Origin: Nitrosomonas sp.
GTDB taxonomy: Bacteria; Pseudomonadota; Gammaproteobacteria; Burkholderiales; Nitrosomonadaceae
NCBI RefSeq assembly: GCF_022842015.1
Contig: NZ_JALHQJ010000003.1
Location: forward strand, 4,557 to 68,556
Direction of reading: 5' to 3'
DNA: 64,000 nt
Shown here: positions 57,841-64,000 of the stretch, in pieces
Position numbering within the stretch: position 1 is the stretch's first letter
Layout of the letters: the number at the start of each line of letters is the position of its first letter
Notes under the pieces: generated by a model
Databases searched by the model: none
What the model was told of the DNA's origin: nothing
Seen by the model: the letters and a program-made list of their open reading frames with translations, nothing else
Position numbers and translations under genes: made by a program

Positions 57841-58806
57841 ATGTTTGAAAGTTTAAAAAATCTGTTAAAACATTTTACAGGCAGTCAAGAATCAACTTCA
57901 GGCATCAGCACGCAGGATACGACTTCATCAGCCGCTGCTGCAGGCAACACTCAATACATCACTCTGAGTCAATTCAATTTAGGTACAGGCTCCATTGGGC
58001 CAGGCAATCGCAATGATATTGATCAGAATGTTTTAAATCAAATGTATCACGCCATTGCATCGGGCTTGTTTAATGTTCCGGTAAACAACTCCATACCAGA
58101 AATATGTGTTGATGGCCGTACCAATAAAAACGGTTATCGTAAAAGCGCTCCTTGTGCAGCCGGAGGCACATTAAGCATAGTGTACGGTGGCGATCTCGGA
58201 AGCAACTCAGCCGCCACTGACATCAACGAAGTACAGTTAACCACACAAACCATTAATAAGCTTAAAGAAAAGGGACACCAAGCTGGGGTGCATGGAGATG
58301 ATCATAGTGACTGCGGCTGCGGTGCATGTTCCAAAGCGCCGACGATATATCAACATATTACAGAACACATCAATGATCTTGCTTCACTGACAAATCAGCT
58401 GGGTATTAATATAACCGAATCAGAAAAAGATTCGATTGTTCAACAGGCCAAGAATCGTTTAAATCAAGCGGGTTTCTTTGCGGAAAACAGAGCATCTGTA
58501 GTACAAGCAGCTCAGGATAGCGGTGCTGATTATGAAGAATTAGTAGGACAGCACAATGAATTAGGTATTGCATTAAATACGCGCGTTGGCACAACTGTGG
58601 ATCGCTCTGCAATTCGTTCGAAGTATGGACCGCAATACGACATGTTTGTAGTTGACGCGTGGACATTTGGCAATGCGGCAAAAGATATCAATTCAACCGA
58701 TAATGAAGCAGACGAACAACGCATCGCCAAAGCAATCACCTTGCAAAATGTAGCCACCGCTTCCGTGCTGGGCCATGGCTCTTTGCCCATTATCCCAATC
58801 GCATAA
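57841..58806 (+). CDS. Cadmium/zeta-class carbonic anhydrase-like protein
   Basis: CVDGR, GG, GHQAGVHGDDHSDCGCG match the CDCA Cys-His-Cys ligand pattern. Confidence 0.65.
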   Translation: MFESLKNLLKHFTGSQESTSGISTQDTTSSAAAAGNTQYITLSQFNLGTGSIGPGNRNDIDQNVLNQMYHAIASGLFNVPVNNSIPEICVDGRTNKNGYRKSAPCAAGGTLSIVYGGDLGSNSAATDINEVQLTTQTINKLKEKGHQAGVHGDDHSDCGCGACSKAPTIYQHITEHINDLASLTNQLGINITESEKDSIVQQAKNRLNQAGFFAENRASVVQAAQDSGADYEELVGQHNELGIALNTRVGTTVDRSAIRSKYGPQYDMFVVDAWTFGNAAKDINSTDNEADEQRIAKAITLQNVATASVLGHGSLPIIPIA

Positions 58807-58854
58807 CCTGCATATTAAGACTTTATCCAGACGAAATTCTATCTCAAGATAAAC

Positions 58855-58883
58855 AACATCCCGTGGCAAAGCCACGGGATGTT
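58855..58883. terminator. 13-bp perfect hairpin between convergent genes
   Basis: AACATCCCGTGGC-AAA-GCCACGGGATGTT. Confidence 0.6.
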
Positions 58884-58945
58884 CAAGTTGATACGTCCGT
58901 ACTTTGCGCCTTATTATCCGATCAAAATCTATACACTATTGCAGA

Positions 58946-59401
58946 TTAGGTGTCGACTTGAGCAAATTGCGCTCGCACTGGCAATTTAAGAATAGCCTCG
59001 GCATTACTGCTTGAAAAAACTTTCTCGGCCGCTTGCTGCCATGGTAGCCAAATATAATTTAAATGCTCCCTGGCAGCGATCATAATCGGCATTATGTCCG
59101 GCAAACACAAACCGAATACATGTTCAGTATTGAATCTTACATCCGGCCCATAACGCCAGCGCCATTCTTGATAAATTTCGTAGCAATTCTCAATCTGCCA
59201 ATTAGTCAGAACATAACCAGTGGGATTTAACCCTGTTTCCTCGGATACTTCCCGAATTGCAGTCTGGACTAATGTTTCGCCAGGATCCTGGCTGCCTGTA
59301 ACCGACTGCCAGAAACCCGGATGATCCGCGCGCTCTAATAATAATACTTGCAAATCAACTGTATGAATAATAACCAGAACAGAAACCGGAATCTTATACA
59401 T
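58946..59401 (-). CDS. nudB: Dihydroneopterin triphosphate diphosphatase
   Basis: YKIPVSVLV, FWQSVTGS, Nudix box AIREVSEETG, NTEHVF; next to aspS. Confidence 0.92.
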   Translation of the reverse strand: MYKIPVSVLVIIHTVDLQVLLLERADHPGFWQSVTGSQDPGETLVQTAIREVSEETGLNPTGYVLTNWQIENCYEIYQEWRWRYGPDVRFNTEHVFGLCLPDIMPIMIAAREHLNYIWLPWQQAAEKVFSSSNAEAILKLPVRAQFAQVDT

Positions 59402-59412
59402 TAAAGCAACAG

Positions 59413-61200
59413 CTACCCATTACTTGATTTAGTTTCAACTTGACGCAAGCGAATATTGAGTTCTCTTAGTTGCTTTTCATCGACAGTGCTGGGCGCATGA
59501 GTCAATAGGCACTGCGCACGTTGGGTTTTAGGAAAGGCAATGACATCGCGAATTGATTCTGAGCCGGTCATCATGGCCAGAATACGATCCAATCCAAACG
59601 CGATGCCACCATGCGGTGGAGCACCATATTGAAGCGCTTCTAACAAAAAGCCAAATTTTTCTTGTGCTTCTTGTTCGGAAATATTTAAAGCACGAAACAC
59701 CTTGGACTGGATATCTTGGCGATGAATCCGCACTGAGCCACCGCCAATCTCCGAACCATTCAGAACCATATCGTAGGCTTTGGAAAGCGCCTGACCGGGA
59801 TCGTTTTCGAGTAAATCCTCATGTCCATCAGCCGGTGACGTGAAAGGATGATGCAATGCCTGCCAGCGATTATCTTCTTCGTCGCGTTCAAACATCGGAA
59901 AATCAACCACCCATAGCGGCTTCCACCCGGGTTCAGCATGGCCGTGCTGATGACCAACCTTAATGCGTAATGCGCCCAAAGATTCATTGACAATTTTGGC
60001 TTTGTCCGCACCGAAAAAAATCAAATCGCCATCTTGGGCCTTAGTGCGAACAAGAATGGTTTTGATTGTATCTTCCGGCAGGAATTTCAGAATCGGTGAT
60101 TGCAGTCCTTCCACACCATCGGAGAGACGATTAATCTTAATATACGCCAAACCCTTAGCGCCATAAATTGCAACAAACGCCGTATAATCATCAATTTCCT
60201 TGCGCGATAATTCACCACCTTTAGGCACCCGCAAAGCCGCTACCCGTCCATCCGTTTTTTCCGCGGCCTCACGGAACACCTTGAAAGGAACTTCTCTCAT
60301 GATGTCGGTTAACTCAGTAAACTCTAGTGAAATGCGCAAATCTGGTTTATCCGAACCATATTTGAACATCACTTCGGCGTAAGTCAGCCGTGGAAATGGG
60401 TTGGGCAAATCCACATTACTCACATTCTTGAATAGTCCGCGCATCATCTCTTCCATCAAAGACATGATTTCATGCTCTGACAGAAATGAAGTTTCTATAT
60501 CGATCTGGGTAAATTCAGGCTGCCGGTCCGCACGCAAATCTTCATCACGGAAACAACGGGTAATCTGATAATAACGATCAAAACCAGATACCATCAACAG
60601 TTGTTTGAATAATTGCGGTGATTGCGGCAAGGCAAAAAAATGACCGGCGTTCACCCGTGACGGCACCAGATAATCCCGCGCACCTTCGGGCGTAGATTTA
60701 GTCAACATCGGTGTCTCAATATCTAAAAATCCATGTTGATCCAGAAATACGCGAACCGCCATAGCAACCTTATGCCGTAAACGAAGATTCGATTGCATCG
60801 CCGGGCGCCGGAGATCCAGATAGCGATGCTCCAGCCGCACAATTTCACTGATATTGTCGTCATCCATCAAAAAGGGCGGTGTCAATGAGGTGTTCAATAC
60901 CTCAATAGCCGCCACCAGGATCTCGATTTCCCCGCTGACCAAAGACGTATTAATCGTTCCCTCAGGTCTATTTCGTACCTTACCGGTAATTTTCAGTACA
61001 AATTCATTGCGTATTTTTTCTGCCGCCTGAAATGTTTCCACGTTATCGGGGTCACATACAACCTGTACCAAACCTTCGCGATCACGCAAATCAATAAATA
61101 TCACCCCGCCATGATCTCTGCGTCGGTGTACCCAACCAAAAAGGGTTACTGTTTTATCTAAGTATTCGGTATTAATGGCGCCACAGTAATTTGTACGCAT
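59413..61200 (-). CDS. aspS: Aspartate-tRNA ligase
   Basis: [56 protein letters not shown]. Confidence 0.98.
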   Translation of the reverse strand: MRTNYCGAINTEYLDKTVTLFGWVHRRRDHGGVIFIDLRDREGLVQVVCDPDNVETFQAAEKIRNEFVLKITGKVRNRPEGTINTSLVSGEIEILVAAIEVLNTSLTPPFLMDDDNISEIVRLEHRYLDLRRPAMQSNLRLRHKVAMAVRVFLDQHGFLDIETPMLTKSTPEGARDYLVPSRVNAGHFFALPQSPQLFKQLLMVSGFDRYYQITRCFRDEDLRADRQPEFTQIDIETSFLSEHEIMSLMEEMMRGLFKNVSNVDLPNPFPRLTYAEVMFKYGSDKPDLRISLEFTELTDIMREVPFKVFREAAEKTDGRVAALRVPKGGELSRKEIDDYTAFVAIYGAKGLAYIKINRLSDGVEGLQSPILKFLPEDTIKTILVRTKAQDGDLIFFGADKAKIVNESLGALRIKVGHQHGHAEPGWKPLWVVDFPMFERDEEDNRWQALHHPFTSPADGHEDLLENDPGQALSKAYDMVLNGSEIGGGSVRIHRQDIQSKVFRALNISEQEAQEKFGFLLEALQYGAPPHGGIAFGLDRILAMMTGSESIRDVIAFPKTQRAQCLLTHAPSTVDEKQLRELNIRLRQVETKSSNG

Positions 61201-61279
61201 AATTCTTTCAATGGTCTAAGTAAAGGGATTGATAATTTCCGGGGTTTATATCGCCGCAATATGGTGACGCTCAGGTCAA

Positions 61280-61603
61280 TCAATCGGCAGCTGCGGCAGT
61301 CGTTGTCGGAATGCTCTCTTTTTTCGTGGTCGTATCTGCGGGTGCGGGTGCCGACGTTGCTGATGGCGTGCTTTCGGTATTTTCTTTTGCAGCAGGCTTG
61401 GTAGTATCTGATGGTTTCGTCTTGTTCTTAAAATCAGTGACGTACCAACCGCTTCCCTTCAATTGAAATCCTGCAGCAGAAATCAGTTTTGTATAGTTAT
61501 TACTGCCACACACAGGGCATGCTGTAATGGGTGCATCGCTAATCTTTTGCAAATGTTCTTTCTCGGCACCGCATGAATTGCAAAGATATTCATAAATAGG
61601 CAT
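61280..61603 (-). CDS. FmdB-family zinc-ribbon protein
   Basis: MPIYEYLCNSCG..CPVCGS..FQLKGSGWYVTD; start at 61603. Confidence 0.88.
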   Translation of the reverse strand: MPIYEYLCNSCGAEKEHLQKISDAPITACPVCGSNNYTKLISAAGFQLKGSGWYVTDFKNKTKPSDTTKPAAKENTESTPSATSAPAPADTTTKKESIPTTTAAAAD

Positions 61604-61902
61604 AGAGACCTCCAACAATTCAAAATTGAGAAACCGCAGATTATATACCTTAACCTGTTTTATTTTAAGCATGCAATCGCTACAGAACAAGAATTCACAC
61701 CCACCAATCCTATTTTCTCAATTGTTGTCAATACTCAGCGTTGTGCGAGAATTATCATAATGGAGATGAATTATGTTTCATTTACACCTACAGATAGGGA
61801 AAACATTCAGCCTATACGTGACTTTATTGGATCAAAATTATATATTATGGTCAGAATTTTTTATTTATCCGTCCAGTCGCGCTTATCTTCAGGAACATTG
61901 CC

Positions 61903-64000
61903 ATGAATCACAATTTATTCAACAGCCTGCATGAATTAAACCTTCCCCAAGGAAATCGCGCAAAATATTACTCACTCCCGGCATTGGAAAAAAACGGTGC
62001 CGGGAAAATTTCTCGCCTGCCGATTTCGATTCGTATTGTTCTGGAGTCTGTTTTACGCAATTATGACAATAAAAAAATCACCGAAGCACATATCCGTCAA
62101 TTAGCGAAGTGGAAACCGGATGCCCCCAGGGTAGATGAAATCCCGTTTGTTGTTTCTCGCATTGTACTGCAAGATTTCACCGGGGTACCATTGTTGGTAG
62201 ATCTCGCCGCCATGCGTAGCGCGGCAGTCAAACTGGGGAAAGACCCTAAGCTAATCGAGCCATTGGTACCGGTTGATCTGGTTGTGGATCATTCGATTCA
62301 GGTCGATCATTACGGCAACAAAGATGCGCTGAATTACAACATGGAGATTGAGTTTTCCCGCAACAACGAACGCTATCAGTTCATTAAGTGGGGCATGCAG
62401 GCGTTTGACACTTTCAAGGTCATCCCGCCCGGAATCGGGATCGTGCATCAGGTCAATCTGGAATATCTTGCGCGTGGTGTGCATCAAAAAAATGGGCTAA
62501 TTTATCCAGATACCTTGGTCGGCACCGACTCGCATACTACTATGATCAACGGAATCGGCGTGGTCGGTTGGGGTGTCGGCGGCATTGAAGCAGAAGCTGG
62601 CATGCTAGGGCAACCGGTTTATTTTCTTACACCCGATGTAGTCGGCGTGAATTTGATCGGCCAATTACACGAAGGCGTTACCGCAACCGATTTGGTGCTG
62701 ACAATCACCGAAATGCTGCGCAAATCCAATGTGGTCGGAAAATTTGTTGAATTTTTCGGTACAGGGACTGCCTCGCTGACATTGCCCGACCGTGCCACCA
62801 TTGCCAATATGGCACCCGAATATGGCGCTACGATGGGTTTTTTTCCGGTAGATGATGTCACCGTCGAATACTTCAAAGGCACAGGACGAAATGAAGAAGA
62901 AATCAAAGCATTCCAAAGTTATTTCCAAGCACAACAGATGTATGGCATCCCCCGCCAAGGCGACATTGACTATACCAGCGAACTGACACTTGATCTTAGC
63001 TCGGTCACACCATCACTGGCAGGCCCCAAACGGCCGCAGGATCGTATTGAACTGAGTGCGATCAAATCCAGGTTTACTGAACTCTTCAACAAACCCGCTA
63101 AGGAAAGCGGCTACGGCAAACAAGATCACGATCTCCATCAGCGTTACTTGACACGCAGCAGCCGTGCTCAGGATCCCGAGGTATGCACACATATCGACGC
63201 CTGTGAACCAGATGATAGCCGGTTGTCGTCACCCGTTCCCGGTAACGTAGCAAGAGAGGATAACGCACCAACAGCTCACAACACGGCACCTGTCGAACGG
63301 CGAATGACCTCCCGCAACGTTGCCGAAATGACCAGCAACCGGCCAACACCCGATCCGATCGAATTATCTCCGCATAAATTGAACGGTTTCTCAATTGAAT
63401 TAGGTCACGGCGATGTCCTGATTGCCGCCATCACGTCCTGCACTAACACCTCCAACCCCAGCGTGCTGCTCGCCGCCGGATTACTGGCCAAGAATGCCGT
63501 CGAAAAAGGATTGTCTGTCAAGCGCCATATTAAAACCTCGCTCGCGCCCGGTTCACGCGTGGTTACCGATTATCTGACCGTTACCGGATTGCTGCCTTAT
63601 CTGGAGCAATTGGGATTTAATCTGGTCGGCTATGGCTGCACCACCTGTATCGGCAATTCCGGGCCTTTGGCAGAACCGATTGAAGAAACAATTGTGAAGA
63701 ATGATCTGGTTTGTGCTGCGGTGCTATCGGGAAATCGTAATTTCGAGGCACGCATTCACTCAAATATCCACGCCAATTTTTTAGCATCTCCACCGCTCGT
63801 AGTTGCTTACGCCATCGCGGGCTCGATGCTGAAAGATATTACTACCGAACCAATCGGCATCGGAAAAAATAATCAACCGGTTTGGCTTAAAGATATCTGG
63901 CCCAGCAGTGAGGAAATTCATGCGCTGATGAAATTTGCCACGAACGCGGATACTTTCCGGCAACTCTACAGCAACCTCACCAAAAACCATGACCTGTGGA
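61903..64000 (+). CDS. acnA: Aconitate hydratase A (runs off right edge)
   Basis: Manual translation: [57 protein letters not shown]; absent from the ORF track because no stop lies in the window. Confidence 0.95.
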   Translation, partial: MNHNLFNSLHELNLPQGNRAKYYSLPALEKNGAGKISRLPISIRIVLESVLRNYDNKKITEAHIRQLAKWKPDAPRVDEIPFVVSRIVLQDFTGVPLLVDLAAMRSAAVKLGKDPKLIEPLVPVDLVVDHSIQVDHYGNKDALNYNMEIEFSRNNERYQFIKWGMQAFDTFKVIPPGIGIVHQVNLEYLARGVHQKNGLIYPDTLVGTDSHTTMINGIGVVGWGVGGIEAEAGMLGQPVYFLTPDVVGVNLIGQLHEGVTATDLVLTITEMLRKSNVVGKFVEFFGTGTASLTLPDRATIANMAPEYGATMGFFPVDDVTVEYFKGTGRNEEEIKAFQSYFQAQQMYGIPRQGDIDYTSELTLDLSSVTPSLAGPKRPQDRIELSAIKSRFTELFNKPAKESGYGKQDHDLHQRYLTRSSRAQDPEVCTHIDACEPDDSRLSSPVPGNVAREDNAPTAHNTAPVERRMTSRNVAEMTSNRPTPDPIELSPHKLNGFSIELGHGDVLIAAITSCTNTSNPSVLLAAGLLAKNAVEKGLSVKRHIKTSLAPGSRVVTDYLTVTGLLPYLEQLGFNLVGYGCTTCIGNSGPLAEPIEETIVKNDLVCAAVLSGNRNFEARIHSNIHANFLASPPLVVAYAIAGSMLKDITTEPIGIGKNNQPVWLKDIWPSSEEIHALMKFATNADTFRQLYSNLTKNHDLW

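Overview
Betaproteobacterial chromosome segment. A Nitrosomonas-like host is inferred from the gene set and order, not verified. Housekeeping flanks are flhA/flhB, penicillin acylase, pepP, murU/amgK and ubiK on the left; on the right are an arsenosugar-type cluster, a GAF-GGDEF-EAL protein, a CopD-cytochrome c fusion, a zeta-type carbonic anhydrase-like gene, nudB, aspS and acnA. The centre holds a 33,213-bp integrative element (10640-43852) inserted into comM at a TG dinucleotide by a large serine recombinase. Both junctions are readable at base resolution: 15-bp inverted arms lie 7 bp from the TG core. Main observation: joining the two ends (excision) restores a 501-aa ComM and fuses the integrase in frame to an otherwise orphan tandem-HTH ORF at the far end, giving a predicted 676-aa integrase-HTH that exists only in the excised state. 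Cargo includes a type I RM locus with an embedded ABC-ATPase, ArdC, and a helicase with a palindromic ori-like site. A second serine recombinase has its 3' tail repeated downstream around a cargo gene, in a cassette-like arrangement. Further cargo: a DGR-target-like protein, a deaminase + membrane protein pair, an RloC-like ATPase, RadC, two coupling-protein-like ATPases, and a putative RiPP operon whose precursor appears fused to its own PqqD/RRE domain. Family assignments come from motif recognition only; no database searches were run.
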